A stretch of 64,000 nucleotides of DNA, from assembly GCA_964446125.1 (NCBI GenBank), contig CAYUNK010000003.1, positions 2,886 to 66,885 of the forward strand, read 5' to 3'. Both the position numbers and the translations under genes were made by a program. Below, one piece after another: positions 28,805 through 38,642 of the stretch (its first letter is position 1; each line of letters starts with the position of its first letter). Source of the DNA: an uncultured Nitrospiraceae bacterium (GTDB lineage Bacteria > Nitrospirota > Thermodesulfovibrionia > Thermodesulfovibrionales > UBA6898). The notes beneath the pieces are model-generated. The model was not told where the DNA came from. It was given only the letters and a program-made list of their open reading frames with translations, and ran no database searches.

Positions 28805-29395
28805 ATGCACGGAATAATCGAAAATCTGATCACTGAACTGACACGTCTGCCGGGCATAGGCAGGAAGTCTGCCCAGAGACTCGCTTTTTTCATCCTCTCG
28901 ATGCCTGAGTCAGAGGCCATGTCTATTGCAGAGGCGATCAGGACAGTGAAGCAGACGGCCAGGTTCTGCAGCAGTTGCTTTAATATCACCGACAGGGAGA
29001 TCTGCGAAATCTGCAGCGATGCCTCACGCGACAGAAGCAGGATCGTTGTGGTCGAAGAACCGAGCAATATCCTCGTCATCGAGCGATCAAAGGCCTTCCG
29101 CTGCATGTACCATGTGCTGCTGGGTGCGCTTTCTCCCATAGACGGCATAACACCGGAGAAGCTGAAGTTAGCAGAGCTTGTTGAGAGGGTAAAGAACGAT
29201 CCTGTCAGGGAGGTGATCATTGCAACGAACCCCAACACAAGGGGTGAGATCACAGCCCTGTACATAAAGGAACTGCTCAGTCCTCTTGGCGTCAGGGTGA
29301 CCCGCATCGCATACGGCCTGCCTATGGGAAGCGACATAGAGTTTGCAGATGAAGTGACCCTCGGCAAGGCGCTTGAGGGCAGACGGGAGCTTTAA
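28805..29395 (+). CDS. recR: Recombination protein RecR
   Basis: HhH LPGIGRKSAQRLAF, zinc finger CSSCFNITDREICEIC, Toprim VVVEEPSNILVIE. Confidence 0.95.
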   Translation: MHGIIENLITELTRLPGIGRKSAQRLAFFILSMPESEAMSIAEAIRTVKQTARFCSSCFNITDREICEICSDASRDRSRIVVVEEPSNILVIERSKAFRCMYHVLLGALSPIDGITPEKLKLAELVERVKNDPVREVIIATNPNTRGEITALYIKELLSPLGVRVTRIAYGLPMGSDIEFADEVTLGKALEGRREL

Positions 29396-29883
29396 TATCT
29401 ATCCCTCTGCCGTTTCTTTCTCAGAAGAATAAGCAATAAAAGAAGTAATCCCGCAACGACCGACAAAATGACCTGATAAAGCGAAAGCTCCCATGCCTTC
29501 TCAACCTGCATGCTGAATCCCTGACCGGCAGAAGTGTGGGGTTTGGCAATACTTATTTGGCTTGTCTGAGGCTCTGACGAGGCAGGGGCAGCAACTGCCT
29601 CCAGCACCTGTTTTGTCGTCCCGGTTTCAGATGCCTTGGCGTTTTCAGGCGGTCTTGCCTGCTGCCGTCTGCCGTCTGAGCGTATCGCCCTTCTGTCCCT
29701 GTCATGGAGATGGTATTCCTTGTAATGCATTCCCCAGTCTTCGCAATTTCTAAGGCATCTGTGGCCGTCCTGGTGATCGGTCTTTCCCGGATGTCCGGAG
29801 ACTGTTGAAGCAGGGATGATCATCAAAGAAACAGCGAAAAGGGTGATAAGTCTGTAAATCAGCTTAGGAGCCGGCCTTGCCAT
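29392..29883 (-). CDS. YHYH-domain protein with C-terminal membrane anchor
   Basis: Signal peptide, GHPGKTDHQDGHRC..YKEYHLHD (YHYH-like), C-terminal TM LLLLLLILL. Confidence 0.6.
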   Translation of the reverse strand: MARPAPKLIYRLITLFAVSLMIIPASTVSGHPGKTDHQDGHRCLRNCEDWGMHYKEYHLHDRDRRAIRSDGRRQQARPPENAKASETGTTKQVLEAVAAPASSEPQTSQISIAKPHTSAGQGFSMQVEKAWELSLYQVILSVVAGLLLLLLILLRKKRQRDRY

Positions 29884-31228
29884 CTTTTATCTTTCCGGCC
29901 CAGAGACCTGCCTTTGCAAGGGTCTCTGATTCATCAAGAGATGTAAGGGTGCGCTTATCGAGCAGGATCTTTCCTCCGACCAGCACTGTATCTATGTCAG
30001 CGCCGTTCATGGAGTAGACAATATGGGAGTATATGTCATACATGGGCGTAAGATGGGGCCTCCCCAGATCAGCAAGCACTATATCAGCAGCCTTGCCCTG
30101 CTCAAGGCTTCCGCATAGGCTGCCGAGCCCCAGGGCCCCGGCTCCCAGGCGGGTTGCCATTGCCATTGCCTGCTTTGCAGTCAATGCAGACGGATCTTTG
30201 GCAATCGCCTTATGCAGCTTTGCTGCCGTTGACATCTCACTCAGTATGCTCAGGTCATTGTTGCTTGCAGCTCCGTCAGTGCCGAAGGTGACATTCACTC
30301 CCTCTCTGAGCATCTGCACGACCGGCGCGATACCGGATGCCAGCTTGAGATTGCTTTCGATGCAGTGGGACACATTTGTCCCTGACCCGGCCAACATGGC
30401 AATCTCTTCAGGCCCGACCCATACGCAGTGGGCCGCTATAAGACGTTCATCAAGCAAGCCTAAGCAGTCAAGATGCGCAACAGGCCTCCTGCCGTGGCGG
30501 GCGAGGATCTCATTGACCTCCCACTCGGTCTCTGACAGATGGGTCTGGAGCATAACATCGTGACGGTCTGCAAGGGCCTTTGTCTTCTTCAGTGTTTCGG
30601 GGCAACATGCATATGCAGAATGGGCTGCAATTGACGGAACAATAAGATCATCACCCTTCCAGTTCATGATAAACCGCTCAGCATTGGCGAGGTAGTCATC
30701 TGCATTGTTTCCTGTGGCAGAGGGAAAATCAACTACACCAGAGCCTACAACTGCACGCAGGCCTGTCCTCCTGGTCGCCTGGGCTACGGCCTCGCCAAAG
30801 AAATACATATCTGCGTATGTAGTGATACCTGCCCTAAGCATCTCGATACAGGCAAGCTCAACAGCATCGCTTACGAACTCAGGGCTGAGCCATCTTGCCT
30901 CGGCAGGCCAGATATGCTCCTGAAGCCAGACATCAAGAGGCAGGTCATCTGCAAGCCCCCTGAAGAAGACCATTGCAGCATGAGTATGGGTATTGATCAG
31001 GCCTGGAAATGCAACCCTGCCCTTCCCATTGATGATCCTTGCTGCCCGGTAATGAGCATGTATAGTGGAGTCCTTGCCGACAGCCGCGATCTTCCCGTCC
31101 TTGACCGCTATTGCGCCCTGCTCAATTATTGCAAGAGTCCTGTCCATAGGCAGGACATAATCAGCAGTTATGATCAGATCAACAGGTTGCACCGGACTGC
31201 GTAACTCCCCCTTCCCCTCTTGCCCCAA
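29864..31228 (-). CDS. mtaD: Amidohydrolase, 5-methylthioadenosine/S-adenosylhomocysteine deaminase-like
   Basis: INTHTHAAM (HxH), HLSETEWE, GTDGAASNN. Confidence 0.8.
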   Translation of the reverse strand: MGQEGKGELRSPVQPVDLIITADYVLPMDRTLAIIEQGAIAVKDGKIAAVGKDSTIHAHYRAARIINGKGRVAFPGLINTHTHAAMVFFRGLADDLPLDVWLQEHIWPAEARWLSPEFVSDAVELACIEMLRAGITTYADMYFFGEAVAQATRRTGLRAVVGSGVVDFPSATGNNADDYLANAERFIMNWKGDDLIVPSIAAHSAYACCPETLKKTKALADRHDVMLQTHLSETEWEVNEILARHGRRPVAHLDCLGLLDERLIAAHCVWVGPEEIAMLAGSGTNVSHCIESNLKLASGIAPVVQMLREGVNVTFGTDGAASNNDLSILSEMSTAAKLHKAIAKDPSALTAKQAMAMATRLGAGALGLGSLCGSLEQGKAADIVLADLGRPHLTPMYDIYSHIVYSMNGADIDTVLVGGKILLDKRTLTSLDESETLAKAGLWAGKIKDGKAGS

Positions 31229-31237
31229 CAGGATCTG

Positions 31238-32350
31238 TTATTGTTCCACAACAATCCTGAGCATGCGCCTCAGCGGTTCTGCAGCGCCCCAAAGCAGCTG
31301 GTCTCCGCAGGTAAATGCAGCAAGATACTGCGGCCCCATATTCATCTTGCGCAGCCTGCCTACAGGGATAGTCAGCGTCCCGGTAATCGCAGCAGGCGTA
31401 AGCTCGCGCATGGTTATATCGCGCTGGTTCGGAATCAGCTTGACCCATTCGTTATGCGTCTCGATAATTTCATTGATCTCATTCATCGGCACGTCTTTGG
31501 CAAGCTTGATGGTGAGGGCCTGGCTGTGGCAACGCATTGCGCCGATGCGCACGCAGAGGCCGTCAATCGGTATTGGGCTGTCTTGCAGGCCCAGGATCTT
31601 GTTCGTCTCTGCCTGGCCTTTCCATTCCTCTTTGCTCTGGCCGTTTTCGAGCTGCTTGTCTATCCAGGGGATGAGTGAGCCCGCAAGCGGCACGCCAAAA
31701 TGTGCGGTAGGAAAGTTCTTGTCCCTAAGCGTGCCTGCAACCTCGCGGTCTATGTCGAGGATTGCAGAGGCCGGATCATCCAGCAGCACCCGTGCAGCCC
31801 TGTGCGCCTCACCCATCTGCTTCAGCAGCTCGCGCATGTTGTTGGCGCCTGCGCCTGATGCAGCCTGATAGGTCATGGCGCTCATCCACTCCACAAGCCC
31901 TTCCTTATACAGACCACCCAATGCCAGAAGCATCAGAGAGACTGTGCAGTTACCGCCGATGTAGTTCTTAATGCCCTTTGCCAGACCGTCTTTGATGACA
32001 TGCATATTAACAGGGTCAAGGATGATGATCGCGTCTTTTTCCATGCGAAGGGCTGATGCTGCGTCTATCCAGTATCCGTTCCAGCCGCCTGCCCTGAGTT
32101 TCGGGTAGACCTCATTTGTATAGTCCCCGCCCTGGCAGGAGACGATCATATCCATTGCCTTGAGGTCGTCTATATTCTTTGCGTCTTTCAGAGAGGGCAC
32201 GTCCCTGCCGATCTTGGGCCCCAGGCCTCCAACATTAGAGGTCGTAAAAAATACCGGCTCAACAAGGTCGAAGTCCTTCTCCTCAAGCATGCGGCCCATC
32301 AGGACCGACCCCACCATACCGCGCCATCCCACAAACCCGACTCGCTTCAT
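31238..32350 (-). CDS. asd: Aspartate-semialdehyde dehydrogenase
   Basis: [17 protein letters not shown], active-site GGNCTVSL. 370 aa, E. coli type. Confidence 0.95.
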   Translation of the reverse strand: MKRVGFVGWRGMVGSVLMGRMLEEKDFDLVEPVFFTTSNVGGLGPKIGRDVPSLKDAKNIDDLKAMDMIVSCQGGDYTNEVYPKLRAGGWNGYWIDAASALRMEKDAIIILDPVNMHVIKDGLAKGIKNYIGGNCTVSLMLLALGGLYKEGLVEWMSAMTYQAASGAGANNMRELLKQMGEAHRAARVLLDDPASAILDIDREVAGTLRDKNFPTAHFGVPLAGSLIPWIDKQLENGQSKEEWKGQAETNKILGLQDSPIPIDGLCVRIGAMRCHSQALTIKLAKDVPMNEINEIIETHNEWVKLIPNQRDITMRELTPAAITGTLTIPVGRLRKMNMGPQYLAAFTCGDQLLWGAAEPLRRMLRIVVEQ

Positions 32351-32382
32351 CCTGTTGCTCCTCTGTTATGAATTTAAAAGCT

Positions 32383-32388
32383 ATTATA
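32383..32388 (-). promoter_or_regulatory. Candidate -10 box (TATAAT) of the asd promoter
   Basis: The minus strand reads TTGGGTATAATAGC about 30 nt upstream of the ATG. -35 is weak. Confidence 0.3.
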
Positions 32389-32598
32389 CCCAAAGCCTTG
32401 ACTCTTTGCACGCCGGCTTTCTGATATCTTTGCGTTTATTCGTTCATGACAGACCGGCAGTCATCACTTTGCAGGACAAGTCCCGAAAGCCTGGATACCG
32501 GGTTTATTTCCTGCCTGCTTATTTTGGTTCATTCGCAAATAAGTTGAAAGAGTCATAAAACTTGCCGGATTTCCGCTTAAGGACCCTTGAGTACGACA

Positions 32599-32675
32599 TT
32601 CGAGGGCAGGCTTCGGGAATGACGAACAAAAACACTCAGTTAAGCTTGTCATCCTCGGTCTTGCCTGCCCTCGAA
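32599..32675. repeat. GGGCAGG/CCTGCCC hairpin-type intergenic repeat (related to 6147-6226)
   Basis: Arms TTCGAGGGCAGGC (32599-32611) and GCCTGCCCTCGAA (32663-32675), with inner CGGGAATGAC/GTCATCCTCGG. Followed by a G/C palindromic run at 32685-32702. Confidence 0.6.
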
Positions 32676-32717
32676 GTTTGTAATCGGGGGCCCCGGGGGG
32701 CCAGGGCGTTTTCGACT

Positions 32718-32823
32718 TATTAATCGTCTCATAATAGTCTGTACACCCTTCGACGATCTCAGGGTGACCGGTCATGGTGAGCCTGTCGAACCATGTCAAT
32801 ACTATTTTGATCCCGTTAATAAA
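32718..32823 (-). repeat. ~105-nt imperfect-palindrome intergenic element, copy 2 (inverted relative to copy 1)
   Basis: The reverse complement matches 6297-6404 almost base for base, including the asymmetric ATTGACATGG and GGGTGTA(A/C)AGACT segments. Confidence 0.8.
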
Positions 32824-32907
32824 TACGGAAAGACACATTTTTTCCAAAGACCACCCTGATCAGTGGTAGAATGTCTGCAATCAATCTAACTTATAGCTGG
32901 GGGATAC

Positions 32908-35604
32908 ATGCTGAATGCCTCATCCAAAAGACTGCTGTTATTGCTGCTGTTAACCTTTCTTCTTCTGATCTTCCTGCCGGAGTTTCTGTCGCTCTATATT
33001 GACTGGCTCTGGTTCAGCGACATAGGTCGAAGCCTGATATTCAGCAGACGGCTTCAGGGCCAGGCAATGTCCGCCCTTGCAGGCGCCCTTGGTGGCTTTC
33101 TGATTACGTATCTGAATATCCATATTGCACTGCGCGCAATGAAAGGCAGGGCAGTTGTAATCCCCCTGAACGTGCAGGCAATGCCGCAGCTCGAAATTCT
33201 GAGGCATATTGACGGGATCAGGTTCATTGTTCCTGTCCTTGCAGGCCTCTTCATGGCAGCGCTGCTTAACGGCAACTGGTTTACGATTCTGTCATATATA
33301 AATGCTGCTGCGTCCGGATATACTGATCCTGTCTTCGGCAGGGATGTCTCTTTCTATATGCTCAGCCTGCCTGCGCACGCACTCGCTGCAAATGCAGTTC
33401 AGCTCACACTCTGGGCAACGCTCGGTTCTGTCTGCCTTATCTACCTTGTCAAGGGCGCCCTGTTCATAAGCAGCCGTGGGATCAGGGCAGAGCAGAGAGC
33501 ATCAGCGCATGTCTCGATTATAGGCGCACTGATCTTCGCGGTCATGGCATGGAAATCGTATATAGATATGCATGCCATACTTTTTTCGGCAGACGGCCAT
33601 ATTACAGGCGCAACATATACAGATGTCCATGCAGTGATCCCCTTCATTAAGGTGAAAATCGCACTCGGCCTGATACTGGCGCTCCTTTTTTTGGCAAATA
33701 TATTCATCAGGCGCAACCTGCTCATAGGCGCAGGCATTGCTGCATATATGGCGGTCTCATTTATCGGCAGTTCGGTATATCCGGCGCTCCTGCAGAAATT
33801 TGTTGTGGCGCCGAACGAACTTGTAAAGGAGACGCCTTATATCGAACACAATATTGCCTTCACGCGCAAGGCCTTCGGTCTTGACAAGGTCGAGGACAGG
33901 GACATATCAGGCAGCACCGCTCTTGACCGGAGCGACATCAAGAGAAACAGCGCCACAATAAAGAATATACGCCTCTGGGACCATAGGCCCCTGCTCGATA
34001 CCTTCAGCCAGATTCAGGAGATAAGGACATATTACCGTTTTTCTTCCGTGGGCAATGACCGGTACATGATAAACGGCGAATACCGCCAGACCATGCTCTC
34101 GCCAAGAGAACTTTCGACCGAAAGCATCCCGACCAGAAACTGGATCAACGAGACCCTGACCTTTACCCATGGCTACGGCCTGACGTTAGGGCCGGTAAAT
34201 CAGGTCACCCCTGAGGGCCTGCCTCTGCTGCTTATCAAGGACATCCCACCGGTATCTACAGCAGATGTACTGAAGGTGACCCGGCCCGAGATCTATTTCG
34301 GCAGGCTCTCAAGCCCCTACGTAATCGTCAATACAAAGTCCAGGGAGTTTGATTATCCTTCCGGAGAGGAGAATGTCTTTACCGAATATTCGGGAAAGGC
34401 AGGGGTAAAGCTCGATTCCTTTTTGAAGAAGGCGGCCTTTAGCGCCTATTTCAAATCAATGAAGCTTATCCTTTCAAACGATCTTACTGATCAAAGCAGG
34501 ATCATCTTCCACAGGAATATCATAGAGAGGGTGCGTAAGGCCATGCCGTTTCTTATGCTCGATGCTGATCCATATATGGTGATAGATGACAGCGGCGCCC
34601 TCTACTGGATGCTGGATGCGTATACTGTAAGCAGGCGTTTCCCCTATTCCCAGCCCTCTGCAAGGGGCATGAACTACATGCGGAATTCGGTAAAGATCAC
34701 CATAAATGCCTTTGACGGCAGCATGGCCTTCTATATGGCCGACATGCAGGACCCTCTGATCAGAACGGTCTCTGCCATCTTCCCGGGAACGCTCCAGCCG
34801 CTTGAGGAGATGCCTGCTGATCTCAGAAACCATATCCGCTACCCCCTCGACATCTTTGATATCCAGACCCAGATGTATTCCATCTATCATATGGAAAACC
34901 CCCAGAGCTTCTATAACAGGGAAGACCAGTGGGAGATCCCTGCGCTTGGCGGTTCGGACAAGTCTGTTATGGAGTCATATTACACGATCATGAAGCTTCC
35001 GGAAGAAAAGAAGGAAGAATTTATCCTTATGCTCCCCTTTAATCCGAAAAAGAAGGATAATCTGTCCGCCTGGATGGTGGCACGAAGCGACGGAGAGCAT
35101 TATGGGAAGCTTGTGGCATATCGCTTTCCCAAGGACAGGCTTGTATACGGGCCAAAACAGATAGTTGCAAGGATCAACCAGGATACGGAGATATCCCGCC
35201 AGATTTCGCTCTGGGATCAGCGCGGCTCACAGGTTATCCAGGGAACTCTTCTGGTGATCCCGATCGAAAACTCCCTGATCTATGTTCAGCCCCTGTACCT
35301 GCGGGCAGAAAACGGCAAGATACCGGAACTCAAACGGGTAATTGTGGCGTATGAAAACCGCATAGCAATGGAGGAGACACTTGATGCAGCTCTTTCGAGG
35401 ATATTCGGGGAGGTCAGGACTTCTGACGGGACAGTTCAGGCTGTTGATATCCGGATTCCTGAGGCCAGACAGGACAACAGGCTCGGGCCTCTTGCAAAAG
35501 AGCATTTTGACCGCGCCATAAGGGCGCAGAGAGAAGGCAACTGGGCCCTGTACGGTGAGGAGATACAGAAGCTGGGCGAGGTGATCAGGAAGATGCAGAA
35601 GTAA
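32908..35604 (+). CDS. UPF0182-family large membrane protein
   Basis: 898 aa. Seven or so N-terminal TMs followed by a large soluble region (IRLWD, YYRF, LIYVQPLYL), as I recall for UPF0182/COG1615. Confidence 0.8.
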   Translation: MLNASSKRLLLLLLLTFLLLIFLPEFLSLYIDWLWFSDIGRSLIFSRRLQGQAMSALAGALGGFLITYLNIHIALRAMKGRAVVIPLNVQAMPQLEILRHIDGIRFIVPVLAGLFMAALLNGNWFTILSYINAAASGYTDPVFGRDVSFYMLSLPAHALAANAVQLTLWATLGSVCLIYLVKGALFISSRGIRAEQRASAHVSIIGALIFAVMAWKSYIDMHAILFSADGHITGATYTDVHAVIPFIKVKIALGLILALLFLANIFIRRNLLIGAGIAAYMAVSFIGSSVYPALLQKFVVAPNELVKETPYIEHNIAFTRKAFGLDKVEDRDISGSTALDRSDIKRNSATIKNIRLWDHRPLLDTFSQIQEIRTYYRFSSVGNDRYMINGEYRQTMLSPRELSTESIPTRNWINETLTFTHGYGLTLGPVNQVTPEGLPLLLIKDIPPVSTADVLKVTRPEIYFGRLSSPYVIVNTKSREFDYPSGEENVFTEYSGKAGVKLDSFLKKAAFSAYFKSMKLILSNDLTDQSRIIFHRNIIERVRKAMPFLMLDADPYMVIDDSGALYWMLDAYTVSRRFPYSQPSARGMNYMRNSVKITINAFDGSMAFYMADMQDPLIRTVSAIFPGTLQPLEEMPADLRNHIRYPLDIFDIQTQMYSIYHMENPQSFYNREDQWEIPALGGSDKSVMESYYTIMKLPEEKKEEFILMLPFNPKKKDNLSAWMVARSDGEHYGKLVAYRFPKDRLVYGPKQIVARINQDTEISRQISLWDQRGSQVIQGTLLVIPIENSLIYVQPLYLRAENGKIPELKRVIVAYENRIAMEETLDAALSRIFGEVRTSDGTVQAVDIRIPEARQDNRLGPLAKEHFDRAIRAQREGNWALYGEEIQKLGEVIRKMQK

Positions 35605-35610
35605 GCATAT

Positions 35611-35636
35611 AAAAAGGGGCCTTGCCGGCCCCCTTT
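35611..35636. terminator. Bidirectional intrinsic terminator between convergent genes
   Basis: AAAAA-GGGGCC-TTGCC-GGCCCC-CTTT: 6-bp GC stem flanked by an A run and a T run. Confidence 0.55.
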
Positions 35637-35662
35637 CTACTGCACTCTGATAAGGCAGGAGC

Positions 35663-36748
35663 TTATTTCACAGCTACAAGGTCAGCCACCATGTCTCCCA
35701 CCTCGGTTGTGGACATGCCCATATGGCCTGCAGCCTGGCTCTTCATCTTCTGCATCACGGCGATCATGGCTGCCTCGATCCCCTGCGCTGCCTTTTCTTC
35801 TCCAATAGTGTCGAGCATCATCATGGCCGCACCGATGGCTGCCATCGGATTGATCACATTCTTTCCGGTATACTTGGGTGCGCTGCCGCCCATCGGCTCG
35901 AACATCGAGACGCCCTCAGGATTGATGTTGCCTCCTGATGCAATGCCAAGGCCGCCCTGTATCATGGCGCCCAAATCAGTAATGATATCCCCGAAAAGGT
36001 TTTCCGTAACTGCCACGTCAAACCATTCAGGGTTTTTTACGAACCACATGTTTGCTGCATCAACATGGTTGTAGTCGCGCTTAAGCCCTGGGTAATGCTC
36101 CTGCCCCATCTCCTCAAATGCGCGATACCAGAGGTCTCCGCAGTGCGTAAGCACATTGCGCTTATGGATCAGCGTGACCGGTTTTTCAGCATATTTGGGG
36201 CTTATGGCATTTCGCTTCTTCTTAAGTTCAAAGGCATATTTCAGGCAGCGGTCAACTGTCCTGCGGTCATAGACCATCATCTGCGTTGCGATCTCCTCAG
36301 ACGTGCCTACGCGTGTTGCCCCGCCGATGCCTGTATAGATGCCTCCGGTGTTTTCGCGTATGACAACAAAATCTATATGCTCAGGCCCCTTGTCCTTAAG
36401 CGGAGTCTCAACATTGGGGTAAAGCTTCACAGGCCTCAGATTGATGTACTGGTCAAGACTGAAGCGCGTCTTAAGGAGTATGCCGGTCTCTAAAATGCCG
36501 GGCTTCACATCAGGATGTCCGATTGCGCCGAGATACATGGAGTCAAATTTCCTGAACTCATCAATTGCGCTGTCAGGCAGCGTCTCGCCGGTTCTAAGAT
36601 ACCGTTCCGCGCCAAAGTCAAAGCTGGTATACTCCAGTTTGAAGCCGCCTCTGGATGAAGCAGCATCAAGGACCTTTACCCCTTCTCTTAGAACCTCCGG
36701 GCCTGTGCCGTCACCGGGAATCAGCGCTATATTGTATGTTTTTGCCAT
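35663..36748 (-). CDS. Isopropylmalate/tartrate dehydrogenase-family oxidative decarboxylase
   Basis: IALIPGDGTGPEV, NLFGDIITDLGA, GSAPKYTGKNVINP. At 361 aa it is closer in length to tartrate/D-malate dehydrogenases than to LeuB. Confidence 0.8.
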   Translation of the reverse strand: MAKTYNIALIPGDGTGPEVLREGVKVLDAASSRGGFKLEYTSFDFGAERYLRTGETLPDSAIDEFRKFDSMYLGAIGHPDVKPGILETGILLKTRFSLDQYINLRPVKLYPNVETPLKDKGPEHIDFVVIRENTGGIYTGIGGATRVGTSEEIATQMMVYDRRTVDRCLKYAFELKKKRNAISPKYAEKPVTLIHKRNVLTHCGDLWYRAFEEMGQEHYPGLKRDYNHVDAANMWFVKNPEWFDVAVTENLFGDIITDLGAMIQGGLGIASGGNINPEGVSMFEPMGGSAPKYTGKNVINPMAAIGAAMMMLDTIGEEKAAQGIEAAMIAVMQKMKSQAAGHMGMSTTEVGDMVADLVAVK

Positions 36749-36839
36749 AATAATCCTCCTGCACCAAAAAAAGTTTTATATATTAGCATATCTCTGGTTC
36801 ATCTTTGAATAAGTCCTCATATTCATAAAATTCCGCCTG

Positions 36840-36848
36840 TGCTAAAAT
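36840..36848 (+). promoter_or_regulatory. Extended -10 element TGCTAAAAT upstream of the phosphohexomutase gene
   Basis: Same 9-mer as upstream of ffs. Lies 27-39 nt before the candidate starts. Confidence 0.35.
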
Positions 36849-36874
36849 AACCAAGAATTACAAACAGATGACAC

Positions 36875-38515
36875 ATGGAGGGCTTCATGTCTCATAAATT
36901 CAGTGATGCTGCATCATGCTGGAAGGCAATACTTTCGGACTCAGAGAAAAACCGCCATCTCCTGAAGGAGATAGAAGCATTCGCGCGCCAAAGCACTGCC
37001 CCCACAGAGGTAGTCTTCGGCACTTCGGGCTGGCGGGGCGAGATAGGCACAGACTATACCTTTCAAAATGTCCGCATTGTGACTGCTGCGCTGATCGAGA
37101 TGCTCAGCGCAAATGATCCTCTGGTGATGCAGGCAATCGGCATGCAGAATATGGATGAGATCCGGAGGAGGGGAATAATTGTCGGCCACGACAACCGTTT
37201 TCTTGGCCCTGAATTCAGCATGGAAGTTATCGGTCTTCTTCATAAGGCAGGCATCAGGACGTGGTATGCAGGGGAGGCTCCAACCCCTGAGTTTTCAGCC
37301 GGCATCGAAATGCTCGGGGCAGCATGCGCTGTTAATCTCACTCCTTCGCATAATCCTGCCAACTATGCAGGCTTCAAGTTTAATCCCTCTGACGGCGGGC
37401 CTGCCGGATCAGAAATAACCTCAAAGATCGAGGAGAACGCAAACAGGATGATGAAAGAGGCAGAGCCGCCGGTTTCCGAAAATGGCGAGGCCCCTGAACG
37501 GATAGATTTATCAGCTCTCTACGTAGCCTATCTCAAACAGAGAAAGACCATAGATATCAACCGGATCAGGGAATTTGTTGCCGGGGCTGACTGCGCCATC
37601 TGTATTGACAATGTTCACGGCTCAACACGCGGCAGGCTGCAGCGCATACTTGGTGAAAGTCCTAAGATATCCTACTTAAGAACCGACGATGATTATCTCT
37701 TCGGCGGCATAGCGCCTGAACCCTCTGAAGGGAATATGCAGGGCGTCGAAAAGGCGCTTGCACGCAGCAGCGCCGGTCTGAAATTAGGGGCAATAATGGA
37801 CCCTGACGGAGACCGCATCAGATTCACCGACGGCAGCACCCAGATCCCGATGAACTATTTTGGCGCCATGGCCCTGCACTTTCTTTATGTCCATAAGAAG
37901 TTCAGGGGCGTTGTCGCAAAATCAGTAGGCACAAGCAACTTTGTGAATGCCATTGCAGAGAGGCTCGCCATTGCGGTCAGGGAGACGAAGGTCGGATTCA
38001 AGAACTTCAGGCCCTTCCTTTTGCCTTCTTCTGAAGAAAAGGCCATTGTTGCCTTTGAAGAGTCAGACGGCATTACCGGCTACAACCACACGCTCGAAAA
38101 AGATGCGATATTCGGTCTTCTTTTGGCCATAGAGATGACGGCAGCAACAGGCTTGAGTCTGGGCGATTACCTGAATAAGATCATGGACGAATTCGGACAT
38201 TATTACCCGGACCGCTCAGGGATCTCTGTTGACCGGTCGCTTGTCGGAAGACCGCTGCTGGAGAAACTCTCCGGCATAGCACGCAGCCATCCGGCAGGCT
38301 CCTCTGTTGTGATCGCAGGACAGAGCCGCACGGTCAAAGACCTGATAACCGTGGACGGCACAAAACTTGTCTTTGACGACGGCTCATGGCTTATGATAAG
38401 GCCTTCAGGCACAGAACCGAAGGTCAGGTTCTATATCGAGGCTCGCACAGAAAAGGGCAAGAAGGCGGTTTTTGAAACAGCAGAGCAGATGACCAAAGAA
38501 GCCCTGGGAATCTGA
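36875..38515 (+). CDS. Alpha-D-phosphohexomutase (phosphoglucomutase/phosphomannomutase family)
   Basis: Active-site TPSHNPANYAGFK and metal loop DPDGDR. The ATG at 36887 has a GGAGGG RBS and may be the true start. Confidence 0.85.
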   Translation: MEGFMSHKFSDAASCWKAILSDSEKNRHLLKEIEAFARQSTAPTEVVFGTSGWRGEIGTDYTFQNVRIVTAALIEMLSANDPLVMQAIGMQNMDEIRRRGIIVGHDNRFLGPEFSMEVIGLLHKAGIRTWYAGEAPTPEFSAGIEMLGAACAVNLTPSHNPANYAGFKFNPSDGGPAGSEITSKIEENANRMMKEAEPPVSENGEAPERIDLSALYVAYLKQRKTIDINRIREFVAGADCAICIDNVHGSTRGRLQRILGESPKISYLRTDDDYLFGGIAPEPSEGNMQGVEKALARSSAGLKLGAIMDPDGDRIRFTDGSTQIPMNYFGAMALHFLYVHKKFRGVVAKSVGTSNFVNAIAERLAIAVRETKVGFKNFRPFLLPSSEEKAIVAFEESDGITGYNHTLEKDAIFGLLLAIEMTAATGLSLGDYLNKIMDEFGHYYPDRSGISVDRSLVGRPLLEKLSGIARSHPAGSSVVIAGQSRTVKDLITVDGTKLVFDDGSWLMIRPSGTEPKVRFYIEARTEKGKKAVFETAEQMTKEALGI

Positions 38516-38642
38516 ACCGCTCCTGACTCACCCTGAAAGTTGATTTGGACTGCCTGTTTTTTGTAACATCAGTGCATCCCGATGACAGCCGTATCGTAAA
38601 GAAATCCTGTCTTCTGAAATAATCACACTACCTGGAGGCGCT

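Noticed and set aside
32464-32847. 127-aa ORF on the minus strand in the asd-UPF0182 spacer.
   Set aside because: It is a read-through translation of the two intergenic repeat elements (FDRLTMTGHPEIVEG from the palindrome, PGIQ / GNPASF-type peptides from the hairpins). It has no RBS and no domain.
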